A stretch of 54,271 bases of DNA, counting the filler, from Stramenopiles sp. TOSAG23-2 (lineage: Eukaryota), in assembly GCA_900128395.1 (NCBI GenBank). It is 3 parts of 3 records of this genome, joined end to end, with 100 filler letters (N's around TTAATTAATTAA, not from the genome) between each part and the next. Parts side by side here need not be neighbours in the genome. Positions count along the whole stretch, not along the records: positions 1 to 18,160 come from LT649616.1; 2 more parts are not named here. One strand, written 5' to 3'. The notes beneath the pieces were generated by a model. It had not been told where the DNA came from. It did no database searches and saw only the letters and a program-made list of their open reading frames with translations. A program made the translations under genes and the position numbers. Below are positions 1-10,973 of this stretch, one piece after another; the stretch's first letter is position 1, and each line of letters starts with the position of its first letter.

Positions 1-506
1 TACAGTGCTATTTCCATATAATATCTCATCCCTATCAAATATCAAATGACTATACATAGAATTTATACTTGAATGTCGAAATGAGACTCAGCACAAAAGT
101 AAAATGTTGAAAGGCCTCTGTCCATGCTAATTTCTATACAAGTGCTATTTCCATATACTATCTCATCGTTCCTATCAAATGACACATAATTTATACTTGA
201 AAGTGGTAATTAGAATACAAAAACGTGTCAATATTTGATAGGTTATTTTTTTTTCATTTTTTTTTTTTTTTTTATTTTTTTTTCTTCATTTTTTCATTTT
301 CGCTTAAATATATATAATGCTATTAACATGCTAAATGCTCTTTTTTCGTGCGTAAATATATTAGCAACGCAATACAAGTATAAATACAAGATATACATAA
401 TATACAAAAGATAGATATATCAAGATACAAATATATATTTGTACATATTACCAACAACAAATAAAAAAACAAAAGCAAAAGATACCAAAACAATATACAT
501 ATAACC

Positions 507-1199
507 ATGTTACAAACGATTAAACAATTATTTAACAGAAACACGACAGAAAAAAAATTGTCCATTGCATTGTTTGGTTTAGATGCTGCTGGGAAAACTA
601 CCATTTTATATAAATTAAAATTAGGTGAAATTGTAACAACAATACCAACCATTGGAATCAATGTTGAACAAGTTGATATTGATAGTCAACATCATGTTAC
701 AGCATGGGATGTGGGTGGGCGCGGTAAAATGCGTGCATTATTCAGGCATTACATAGAAAATATGGATGCAGTGTTTTTCATTTTAGATTCAAATGATAAA
801 GATCGTATGGAAACAGCAAGATATGAAATGACATATTTTTCAAAAATATGTCTTGAAAAAAATATTGTTCTTGTCATTTTAGCAAATAAACAAGATTTAC
901 CAAATGCTTTATCAACACGTGAAATTTTATTACAATTGGAATTGGATAAACATTTACCACGAGGAATAAAATATAATATATTTGGTTGTTCTGCTACATC
1001 ACAATCAGCAAATGAATTGCGTAAACAATTTTCAAATGCTATTCAATTTGTAGCAATGTGTAGGGAAAAAAACAAAAGAAAAAAGAAAGGCATTATTATT
1101 AATAAAACAACGAACCAAAAACAATCAGACGATACAAAAAGTTCAACAATATTCAAGACATTATCAGCAATTGGTAAAGCAATTATAAGTGTATTTTAA
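507..1199 (+). CDS. ARF-family small GTPase, divergent
   Basis: G1 GLDAAGKTT, switch I TTIPTIG, G3 WDVGG, G4 NKQD, G5 CSA; C-terminal basic and hydrophobic extension. Confidence 0.92.
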   Translation: MLQTIKQLFNRNTTEKKLSIALFGLDAAGKTTILYKLKLGEIVTTIPTIGINVEQVDIDSQHHVTAWDVGGRGKMRALFRHYIENMDAVFFILDSNDKDRMETARYEMTYFSKICLEKNIVLVILANKQDLPNALSTREILLQLELDKHLPRGIKYNIFGCSATSQSANELRKQFSNAIQFVAMCREKNKRKKKGIIINKTTNQKQSDDTKSSTIFKTLSAIGKAIISVF

Positions 1200-1433
1200 G
1201 AAGGCAATTTGCATTTTTTTTCTCAGTTTTATAAAATACGTAGATTTTAATGTACAGCACATATACATAAAAAATATATGACGCACACACATCATACATC
1301 ATACACGACCCCACTCCCCACTCTAAAAAACTCTCTCTCTCTTTTAACCTCTCAACTCTCACATCAAGGCGATGTGATACTGCAGAAAGGACCAAAAATT
1401 GTTTCTCCAATTTCTTCAATTGGATCGTCGTCA

Positions 1434-1839
1434 TCATTTTAAATTATTACGATTATTTGAAAGTTTCTTGATAATTTTTTGTTGTTCTATAATTCGATGT
1501 TGTAATTTTTTAATTAATTCTTTTTGCTCTTCGTATGTTAAAACATTTTCTTCCTCCGCTTCTATCTTATCAATTGTATTCTTAGTACCATCCGATTCTG
1601 GAACAGTTTCTTTTTCAGAATTTATTACTAAATATGGATTCTTCTTGACACGTTTTACTATATTTAACACTTCATCATGTGCTGGTCTAGATGTTTCATC
1701 TGATTTATTTAATGTATATAATAATGGTGGAGTTGATTTAATAGTTCTGTTAACGTCATCATCATCACATTTTTCTTCATTTGTGGTATTCGTCGTACTT
1801 GTAGTAGCAGTATTTTCATAATAACTATTAATATTAGTT

Positions 1840-1872
<33 letters not shown>

Positions 1873-4811
1873 CCTTTAAATTGTTTACGTAATTCATCAA
1901 CGTTATAATTGTTAGTATCATCTGCTGTTACAAAAGTTGAACAAGATGACCATAGCTCCAAGCAAGTATTTAAAACTCCTTTCGCGATTCGTTCTTCCTC
2001 TACACGACGTGATAAATGTTTCAATGGAGTTGTCGCGTTATCATTACCACAGATCATGTTTAATGCTTTCATTCCAGTTTCATCATTACCATTATCAAAA
2101 TAAATTGATATTTCCTTTGATGTTGGTGGTTTTTCACGTCGTACAAGACACATTAATGGTGTCATATTTCGTTTATTTTTCCGTATTAATATATTCTTAT
2201 TATGGTTGAAGTCATTCTTCTCAATAATAGCATCAGTGTTATTATTATTATTATTATTACTATTATTATTATTATTATAATTATTATTATTACTGAATTG
2301 TCTATATTGTTTTGTACGAATGTAATGCAAATATATTTCTAAACAAGATGAATCTGCATTGTAATTTTTACATAAAATATGTAACGGTGTGCATCCTTGA
2401 TCATCTAATGCATACAAACATTGTTTTGATGATTTCGATGCAAATGTTAAATATGTATTTAAAATTCCATTTGATATAAATTTTTGTTTACATAGTATAT
2501 GCAAAGGCATTTCATGGTATAAATTACATGCTTCCATCGCTTGCATTATTTTATCTATTTTGCAATGTTTGAATAATGTTTCCATCATGATTGGTATACA
2601 TTTTTTCTGGTTACGAACAAAGATAAAAAGTGGATTTTCATTGTAATTATCTATAGCATTTATTAATTCTCCTATTTTAGTTTTTTTTGCAAATTTACAA
2701 AATGTATTTAATACATCTGTTGTCAATGCGATATTATTTCCTAATAAATCATGAAGGCAACTCCGTCCATTTGCTTGTATAGCAGAAAACGATTCAACAC
2801 CTTTTTTATGATGAAATTTAAAATCTTCTAGATGTATTCGTGGTGCGCGTTTACATACAGTTGTTAATGCTGTATCACGTCTCCATAAAAATTCATTATC
2901 AAGGGTATTAACAACGTTGTAAAAGTAATCTGTGTTTGTTTTATTACTACTATTACTAGTTTTGCCACTACTACTACTACTACGGACCGTACTAGTTTTA
3001 GTTTTAATATTATATGGTAATATATACTTTGTAAATTGCATTACAATTGCTTGTATATTTTTATATGGTACGTATGTATTTACACGTAATAAACCATATA
3101 ATGAATGGTGCCCATCAACATCGCGTTGTTTCATTTCATCTAAAATAATTTCTTTATTCTGTAAAAATAATAAAACCATTTTTTCATTTACATTTTTATT
3201 TTCACTACATAATAATGACAATGGTGATTTCTGAATGGAATCTCGTATTTTTGCTGCTTTTGGTGCATGTTTCATATATTCTAACAACATCCTTGACGTA
3301 ACTGCTGGATTTAAACATAATTCATGGAGACCATTTCGTTCAAAATGTTTCTTATTTGTCATTAATAATAATTGTTTAGATTTCTTATGGTTTCCTATTA
3401 ATTTAATGATTTTTGAATTTATTTTTGGGTTTTGCATTAGAATATGTACAATATTTTCACCATATTTATCAGTACGATTAAAAGTTTCTTTTTCAACATT
3501 ATCCAATAATACATGCAATGCTCCTTCATTTAATGTTGTGTTATTAGCACAATAAATATGCAATGGGCTATCGCCATTTCGATCACGTGTATTTAAATCT
3601 GTTTTGTTCAAGAATTCAAAATATACAATAAAATGCTCTTTTTTTACATTTTTAGCACCGCACAATACATGAAGCAACGTATCACATGATTCATCGGGTA
3701 TGGATGCAAGTACTTTAACAGATTTATAATGTTTTCCTCCAGGATTATTAAATGAAAATGCTGTACGTAACATTTGTGGAGTACATTTTGAATTTTTGCA
3801 TAAATTATTTAATGCAGTTCGAGATAAATATATTTGTCGTTTTTCATTATTTTTCATTTGTTTCATCTTCTTTGCATTGTTATTCTTCTTATTATTATTA
3901 TGATAATGATTTAATAAAAATGATTTCAATACTTTATCTGTCATAAAATTTTCATTTTGCATAGCAAGTTCAAATGCGGTATGACCATGTCCATCGCGTT
4001 GATACATAAAATGATTCCATCCATTCATTTTATTTTTGTAACTATTATCAATATAATATAATAGTATATCTTTTGTACAGTATTTACTTAATACTAATTC
4101 ATGCAATGGGGTCCGCCTTCGTTTTGTTCGATCTACTGTAAACAATATGTTATCATTATTATTATTATCAAAACCATATTTTTTACATATTAAATCTACA
4201 TACATTTGGATCATATTGAATGTCATTGAACTATTTCGTACCAATGCATTAATTGGTGAATATCTAAATGTACAAAATTCATAAAAACCTGATGGACATA
4301 ATGTTTTACATAATTCAACATGTTTATTAGTTAACAATGGTTGTTGAAACAATATAAATAATGGTGTTCTACCATCATGATTTTTAATTTTAATTATTTG
4401 TTCAATTAAGTTTGGATGTATTTTTTTAATTGTTGTTAAATATTTGTCGAGACATTTTAAATGCCATGTAATATAATTATCTCTTGTAATTTGTTCTTTC
4501 GTTTCTATTTCCTTTGTTAATGTTCCTAAATTTCTCATTAATATATGTAAACTAGTAAATCCTCTACCTTTACATGTATCATCGGTTGCAAGGATCAATT
4601 CCCCAATGGTATTTATATTCAATTTCATATATTTTTCAATTGCACGTGATGTATTTTTTCTAATTCTATTAGTTAATTCATGCAACTCATTTGCTTGATG
4701 TTTTATTTTTCCATGTCGTTTCCATTCTGTTATACCATTTTCATTTGCAATTGCATTGATACGTAATGATTCTGGTATTTTTTTTCTGGATGTTCGTTTT
4801 CTTGATGACAT
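1434..4811 (-). CDS. Long ankyrin-repeat protein (1125 aa)
   Basis: Many G-x-T/S-P-L-H-x-L/C motifs (GRTPLF, RRTPLHEL, GDSPLHIY, GCTPLHIL, NMTPLM); poly-Asn linkers; C-terminal coiled coil. Confidence 0.82.
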
Positions 4812-5406
4812 TGTGTTTGTATTATACTAGAGGATAAAGTGGGAGAGGAAAAGCAATGCTTAATAATGTACTATATATTATATAACTCTTCCGTCTTATG
4901 AATTTTTTTTCTTTGTAATGTTTTTCACACATTCACTTTCATTCGTTTTTTTTGACAGATGATTTAAAAAATCGTTTTTGTACACATGTGCATGCATGCG
5001 TGGTCTCTTTTCTATAATATATATACATATACACATATACATGACGACTAACGTTGCATATATTATTATATCCCATCATATATTATCCCTTAATATGTGG
5101 TGTGCCTCCTTTATTTAGCTTGAAATAGCATTGAAAGAAGGAAGAAGTGGGCTGCTTTAAGGTTATCCCTCTTCTTTTTTTCTTTGTTTTCTTGCACTCT
5201 CTTTTCTCGTTGCCACCTTGTCAATAAGACGGAAATAAGTGCCTCGAAAAAGTGTTGCAAGTAGTTGCGATAGGAGTAGTGTTAATATAAGTACTACATT
5301 AGTATACTAATATATGCATATTTGATATTGAGTTACTGGTATTGCAAAAAATCGGATATTCTTAGTAAATTCATCAAAATAAGTATTGGCTATTTTAAAT
5401 CCAATT

Positions 5407-8403
5407 TTAAATCCTAACTTCATTTATTTTTTTTAATTTAAATCCTAATTTCTCTGCTGCAATTTTCATTTCTGGCGCATTCATAAAGAGATCCCATAAA
5501 AAACCTGATCGGGCATTTTCAATCATAGGTGGCACGGGGCCTTGATTGATTGCAACATATAAATCAGCAACATCGTATTTATTTTCTTCCTCTGATTCAA
5601 CAACAACAGCATCTAGAAATCCACCAGAACCCCACATTTTTTCCCCATACGTATTGTATAAAGTTCTCATACATCGTTTTGAAGCTTCAGGTAAATAAGG
5701 GTAGGAAGACAGTGCACCAGTTGGGGCTATTGCGCCAAAATCGTGTTTCACAGAACTTCCTGGAATACATTGTCCACCTTTAGATATTGGCAAAAAACAT
5801 GCTGTTAATCCCCACAAATCTTCACTGTAACCTGGTTTTGGTTTTCCTTTGCAATAATCTACATTTGTTTGAGCCCAGTGTTTACCAACAGCATCAAAGT
5901 ATGATTCGCAAGATTCGTCTCCATAATTTGGATTCAATCCAATAAAGCTGTAATGTGTCCAGAATAAACAATCCACTTGATTTTTCATAAGATCTTTATG
6001 TTGTTCAACATTACTTTGCAACCAACATGTGTCATACTCAGCTCTATCTATTGGAAATTTCGGGTGACCTGCAGCAACAAAATGGCAAATAAGAGTCTCT
6101 TGATAACCAACAAGTTCCATATTTAAAGCCCATTCATGTCGTGGTGACCAATGCCAACGCAGTTTATTGTCGGCGCGCGTAAAAAAAGAGCATTCACACT
6201 CTTCCCATAATTGATTACACAAACGCCTACATTCACTTTCCTCTAAACTGTTTGCATCGTTAAAAAATTCACGGCAAAGAATTAAACTTTGCAAAACAAA
6301 TGATGTTTCAACAAAATCAGCTGCATCATCTTTTGGGCAAAATTCAGCCGCTGTTCCGTTGCTTCTCCACCAATGAGGGAAAGCACCATGGAAACGTTCG
6401 CCTTTGGTTAACATAAATTTTGCAATTTTTGTTATATGATGACAACAGTCGGCACGGTCCATCCATCCACGTTTTACACCAACAAGTAAGCTTGCCATGC
6501 AAAACCCAGTTCCCCCTGATGCCAACAATTCTTTCCCATGTTCTGCCGGGCGTTTTGCTGGCTCAGGTATCATACTTTCACGTGCCAAACCCGTCTCTGG
6601 ATGTGCATATCCTCGTGCATATTCAAAATATCCACGTTGTATAAAGTCTAATAATTGTTCATCATCCTCTATATCATACCGTATTGATACACCTATCCCA
6701 CCATTGACACAAATATTTGCAGGGGCATTTCCTTGTGGAGCCAGAAATTCAGTTTTTGGTAGAGCACCGACTATATAAAAACGCTCCTTGTTTTTACTAT
6801 CCATAACTGTCTCATGAAACGTACGGATAGTAAGAGATTTTTTCCCAGATATGCATTCAAATGGCCCATCTTTACTATCTGATGCATAAACAACATAATT
6901 AGAAACTTTATCAGTTGATAAACCCCATGAGATATGATTGTGGTTTGGACCTGCCCAAACTTGTACAGAATTAATCGGCTCTAACACTTTGTTGGCATAA
7001 AGATTATTTGCTGATAAAAATACAAGCGAATTAACAAGGTAAAAATCCGTATTTATATTTGTAAAAGCAATCAAAGTGCAACCAGCATCAACCCCTTCTT
7101 CGTTAAAGTCAACAAGAGCGTCATCGATATCAATAAGTTCGTATCTGACTTTGCCATTAAAACTCGGCAATGTAACAGGTAAATTTCCTCCTTTGAATAA
7201 TTGTCCATCCGCTCTGTTTTTTAACTCTAGATTAAAAGTTATTTCAACGTCCGGTTTTACCGTTTGATAACCAATTAACAATTTGCCCCATTTTCTAAGA
7301 TCGCAACTTTTTTCTGCATGTGGGCAACCTACAACACTTCCACCAAGCAATTTGACCATTTCTTTGCCGTTTACATACTCTACGCCATCTTGTGATAACT
7401 TATCCCCCCATGCTGCGGTAAATTTAAATGAACTTGCAGGAACTAACTTTTTCCCAACAACCGCCCATAGCTCGTTGTCGCCCCCCATCATACTGCTAAT
7501 TGCAACATCATTACTTGCTTTAGCAAATAAAAATTCAGTGTCTACATACAATTTAACGGTTGAATCTTTTAAACAAAATAATGAAACTCTAGTATCATCC
7601 TTTTTGTCTATAATATTATTCCCAAGATTAACGTAAATGTACTCCGTTTGATTGTTTGTATTTGGCAGACGTACTTCCATATATATAATATGTTTATCAT
7701 ATTTGTTTTTAGCCTCCAGCACAAACTTGCAAGCTTGCGTTGTTTGCACCCCAAGAAAAATTCCTGGATAATCAAGTAGGTCCACTTCTCCCATCTCACC
7801 ATGTGCGCTACCAATATATGTATTTGGTATTATTGGATAAAATTCTTTACCATCCTCTGTTATTTTAAAAGGTTTTTTCATATTATTTCCCCATGATGGT
7901 TTAAAAATAGCTTTTTGTGCAAACCAAAGTTCAGGGGAATTTTCTTCAAGCGTGTTACTAAATTCCAAATCAACACCTATACTGAAATTATCACTTATAT
8001 CTGAGAATACAACTATTGTACAATTGGAATCCGTCACTCCATTGGCAACAGTAATAGCGCAATCAACTTTTTGTACTGAACCTCGTGTATCAGGTATATC
8101 AATATATATTTTCCACGGATTCAAAATCTGTTGATCTGCACGATTTTTCATCTCAAGGCCAAATTTTCCAGCCTTACTTGTTTTGCAAAAAAAAGAAAGC
8201 TGTTTGAAAAATTTCAAATCAATAGGAGTGGGAGAATGTCCACAACCAACCAGGGCTCCAGGTGCTAATGGCATATACATCTTGCCTTCCACCTCTTCCA
8301 TTTGACTAGGCATTTGAACACCCCATCCAGGTTGAAATGTAAATACTCTTTTGGCTGAATATGGCCCTTCGTGGGCATTAATAATTGATGCCCCGTTTCC
8401 CAT
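5407..8403 (-). CDS. GH144-like (glucoamylase-like, PF10091-type) endo-beta-1,2-glucanase with three N-terminal repeats and an FN3-like domain
   Basis: C-terminal ~420 aa carries HPETGLARE, SGGTGF, RFHGAFPHW, DFVETSF, WHWSP, LFWTHYSFIGLNP, WGLTA, IAPTGALSS, AINQGP and MIENARSG, typical of Bacteroidetes GH144; N-terminus MGNGAS. Confidence 0.82.
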   Translation of the reverse strand: MGNGASIINAHEGPYSAKRVFTFQPGWGVQMPSQMEEVEGKMYMPLAPGALVGCGHSPTPIDLKFFKQLSFFCKTSKAGKFGLEMKNRADQQILNPWKIYIDIPDTRGSVQKVDCAITVANGVTDSNCTIVVFSDISDNFSIGVDLEFSNTLEENSPELWFAQKAIFKPSWGNNMKKPFKITEDGKEFYPIIPNTYIGSAHGEMGEVDLLDYPGIFLGVQTTQACKFVLEAKNKYDKHIIYMEVRLPNTNNQTEYIYVNLGNNIIDKKDDTRVSLFCLKDSTVKLYVDTEFLFAKASNDVAISSMMGGDNELWAVVGKKLVPASSFKFTAAWGDKLSQDGVEYVNGKEMVKLLGGSVVGCPHAEKSCDLRKWGKLLIGYQTVKPDVEITFNLELKNRADGQLFKGGNLPVTLPSFNGKVRYELIDIDDALVDFNEEGVDAGCTLIAFTNINTDFYLVNSLVFLSANNLYANKVLEPINSVQVWAGPNHNHISWGLSTDKVSNYVVYASDSKDGPFECISGKKSLTIRTFHETVMDSKNKERFYIVGALPKTEFLAPQGNAPANICVNGGIGVSIRYDIEDDEQLLDFIQRGYFEYARGYAHPETGLARESMIPEPAKRPAEHGKELLASGGTGFCMASLLVGVKRGWMDRADCCHHITKIAKFMLTKGERFHGAFPHWWRSNGTAAEFCPKDDAADFVETSFVLQSLILCREFFNDANSLEESECRRLCNQLWEECECSFFTRADNKLRWHWSPRHEWALNMELVGYQETLICHFVAAGHPKFPIDRAEYDTCWLQSNVEQHKDLMKNQVDCLFWTHYSFIGLNPNYGDESCESYFDAVGKHWAQTNVDYCKGKPKPGYSEDLWGLTACFLPISKGGQCIPGSSVKHDFGAIAPTGALSSYPYLPEASKRCMRTLYNTYGEKMWGSGGFLDAVVVESEEENKYDVADLYVAINQGPVPPMIENARSGFLWDLFMNAPEMKIAAEKLGFKLKKINEVRI

Positions 8404-8645
8404 GCTGAATCTATTATAAAGTCAAAAAGGGAGTAGCTGAAACAAAGAATTGTCAGATACCTTTGGATTAGTAAATAAAGTTATTTTATAAAATTTGTGT
8501 GTATAAATCTACATTTAAAATTTTCATATATATATAATTTAGAATAATATATATATATAAATATATCTCAATAAATATAAATAATGTCATAAATCATTAT
8601 ATATATTAATATAAGTGCATAAATAAATAATATATCTCAATTATT

Positions 8646-8880
8646 CCCGATATAATTTTTACTGTTGTGCCGGCCACAGTAGAAAATTTTCGGTACAAAT
8701 TTTTTAGTATACTTAAACATTATATTACCTATCAAATGCACAAACTTATCAAAACCTCACACACGAAATTAATGAAAACCGATTAATTTGTGTATTTGAT
8801 AGGTAATATAATGTTTAAGTATACTAAAAAATTTGTACCGAAAATTTTCTACTGGCCGGCACAGTAAAAATTATATCGGG
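8646..8880. mobile_element. Fold-back / MITE-like element with ~95-bp inverted arms
   Basis: 8646-8744 is the reverse complement of 8787-8880 apart from two small indels and one substitution; 42-bp spacer; CCC...GGG termini; no clear target-site duplication. Confidence 0.6.
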
Positions 8881-9102
8881 TACAAAAAGATTTTTTGATT
8901 TCGTACTTGAGAGTCCTTTGTCCTATGTATTTGGTAGTCTTATAGTACAAAATTTTTAGTTGAAGGAAGAAGGGGAAAAAAACGCACCCAAAAGCAAAAA
9001 AAAAGAGGAGAAGATAGAAGATAGAGAAAAGATAGTGCAGCAGATAGTGGTGGATACTTGGTATTACAGACTTTTTAATATATAATGATTGTAGCAGAAC
9101 AA

Positions 9103-9348
9103 AGATAAGAAGATAGAATATATACCGATATACAATAATCCAAATTGCAAATTATAAACAATAGATCTTTCGTAAATCTCATATACAAATAAGAATCTTA
9201 CACAGCAGAAAAACATGAAAATTGCAGATAAGAAGATAGAATATATACCGATATACAATAATCCAAATTGCAAATTATAAACAATAGATCTTTCGTAAAT
9301 CTCATATACAAATAAGAATCTTACACAGCAGAAAAACATGAAAATTGC
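9103..9348. repeat. Exact 123-bp tandem duplication (probable assembly artefact)
   Basis: 9103-9225 = 9226-9348. Confidence 0.9.
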
Positions 9349-9354
9349 ACTAGG

Positions 9355-9945
9355 ATGGATACAAAATTTGTTAAAAATGCATATTTTCCGTGTGAATTCC
9401 CCGACAATGCAAACGACGTGGCAGCTGCCATTGCGTACGTATTAAATAATGCTCGTAAGTATGGGGCAACTGGTAAATCAGTGTCACTCATAGGGCATTC
9501 CGCTGGCGCACACTTAGCTGCGTTGGTCAGTACAGATGAAAAGTATCTTAAGAAGTTTGGAAAGACACTGTCTAATATAAATTTCGTAGCGCCACTTGAC
9601 ACCGATGCTTTTGATCTTCGGGCCAGGGGAGGTAACCCTCAAACAATTATTCACGCGTTTGGTAGGTGGAAATCAAAATGGGACGCAGCATCCCCAATTA
9701 CTCATGCAAATAAGGGACGTGGACGCCCTCCTCACCTTCTTGTTTATCGTGGAGACAACACACGTAAAAAAAATGTTGAAGCTTACGCGAAGGAAATTCA
9801 GCGCTATGGTTCTGTGAAAACATTTTATGCTACGCAATACACCCATAAAGAAATCAATACAGCCATCGGAAAGAGAAGAGAGAGGGTTGTTACTCCGCAA
9901 ATTCATGCAATGTTGAACAAATATAACCCTCGCCGGCGCATATAA
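9355..9945 (+). CDS. Alpha/beta hydrolase (HSL/BD-FAE-like esterase), apparently 5'-truncated
   Basis: DVAAAIAYV...YG...IGHSAGAHLAA nucleophile elbow, ASP motif, likely catalytic His in THKEIN; no HGGG oxyanion motif; in-frame TAA at 9313. Confidence 0.75.
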   Translation: MDTKFVKNAYFPCEFPDNANDVAAAIAYVLNNARKYGATGKSVSLIGHSAGAHLAALVSTDEKYLKKFGKTLSNINFVAPLDTDAFDLRARGGNPQTIIHAFGRWKSKWDAASPITHANKGRGRPPHLLVYRGDNTRKKNVEAYAKEIQRYGSVKTFYATQYTHKEINTAIGKRRERVVTPQIHAMLNKYNPRRRI

Positions 9946-10250
9946 AAATCAAATAATTGACAGGAACAACAAAATCTGGTTGTAAATGTTTAACACACGT
10001 TCTTGTGCCCTTTCCACTGAGTTTCTTACTCCCCATCATACGTTTTCCACGTCGTACCGTCGGCATGTTATTTGCATGTATGTCTGTGTGTATATAAAAA
10101 TTTTAAAAATTTTCTCTTATACTCACATGTATTATATAAATTTCTGTGTGTGTGTATATATATGTTTGTGTGTGGGTGTATTTGCCTGTTGTTCATTATA
10201 CCAGGTATATACATACAATTTCGGGGTTTTTCTCTTTATATGATGCTATG

Positions 10251-10973
10251 CCCTACTCCGGGTACCTGAGCATATAAACTTAGCATTGCGAGCGAAGCGT
10301 ATATACTCAGGATCGCTTTGGCAGACCTTTTGGCAGATGCACCCTAATCCTAACCCGACCTTCCAAAAATATGTTAAAAAAGACGGATATTTCTAAGATT
10401 ACTCCGGGTACCTGAGCATATAAACTTAGCATTGCGAGCGAAGCGTATATACTCAGGATCGCTTTGGCAGACCTTTTGGCAGATGCACCCTAATCCTAAC
10501 CCGACCTTCCAAAAATATGTTAAAAAAGACGGATAAAGATGAACATGCAATTATGAATAGTTTAGGAGAGCAATTAGATAATTAAAAAAAAATGGGCTAT
10601 AAATGAACCTGAAAAGCGAATAATATTTTAATATCTTTTATTATATAATAAGAATTATAGTGTAAAAATATATTTTTATAAATTTTTTACACTCTATTAT
10701 TATGTAATATTTTATAAAATATATGCTGAACATTTTATTTTGAATGCTTATTTGTATTTTGATGAGAGACTTTATAGAATGATGATTTTAATTTTTAAAT
10801 GCCTGCACACACAGACTAGATATACCCTACTCCGGGTACCTGAGCATATAAACTTAGCATTGCAAGCGAAGCGTATATACTCAGGATCGCTTTGGCAGAA
10901 CTATTGCCAGATGCACCCTAATCCTAACCCGACCTTCCAAAAAAATGTTAAAAAAGACGGATATTTCTAAGAT
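10251..10973. repeat. Family of ~146-bp structured repeats (3 direct copies) containing CCCTAATCCTAACCC
   Basis: Copies at 10251-10399, 10400-10535 (identical over the shared part) and 10825-10973 (about 5 substitutions); diverged inverted fragment at 11186-11206. Confidence 0.88.

Noticed and set aside
9313-9315. Stop-codon reassignment (TAA as sense) to rescue the esterase and 52081 stops
   Set aside because: TAA ends DHDPS, dynein and both SKL proteins at their expected C-termini, and a 3300-codon ORF has no internal TAA
5407-9945. Bacterial contamination as the source of the GH144-like and esterase genes (also dapA and the acylase)
   Set aside because: They are contiguous with clearly eukaryotic genes, with the same AT-rich spacers, eukaryotic targeting motifs and no operon structure; read-level confirmation is still desirable
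10312-10339. Resemblance of ATCGCTT...CCTTTTGGC.AGAT to the U2 snRNA 5' end
   Set aside because: No GTAGTA branch-pairing sequence or same-strand Sm site follows, and copy 3 changes CCTTTTGG
10342-10356. Telomere or telomerase template (CCCTAATCCTAACCC)
   Set aside because: Only about 2.5 imperfect units, internal, and part of a multicopy repeat
10251-10973. Possible CRISPR array
   Set aside because: Units are ~146 bp with no unique spacers, the context is eukaryotic, and there are no cas genes
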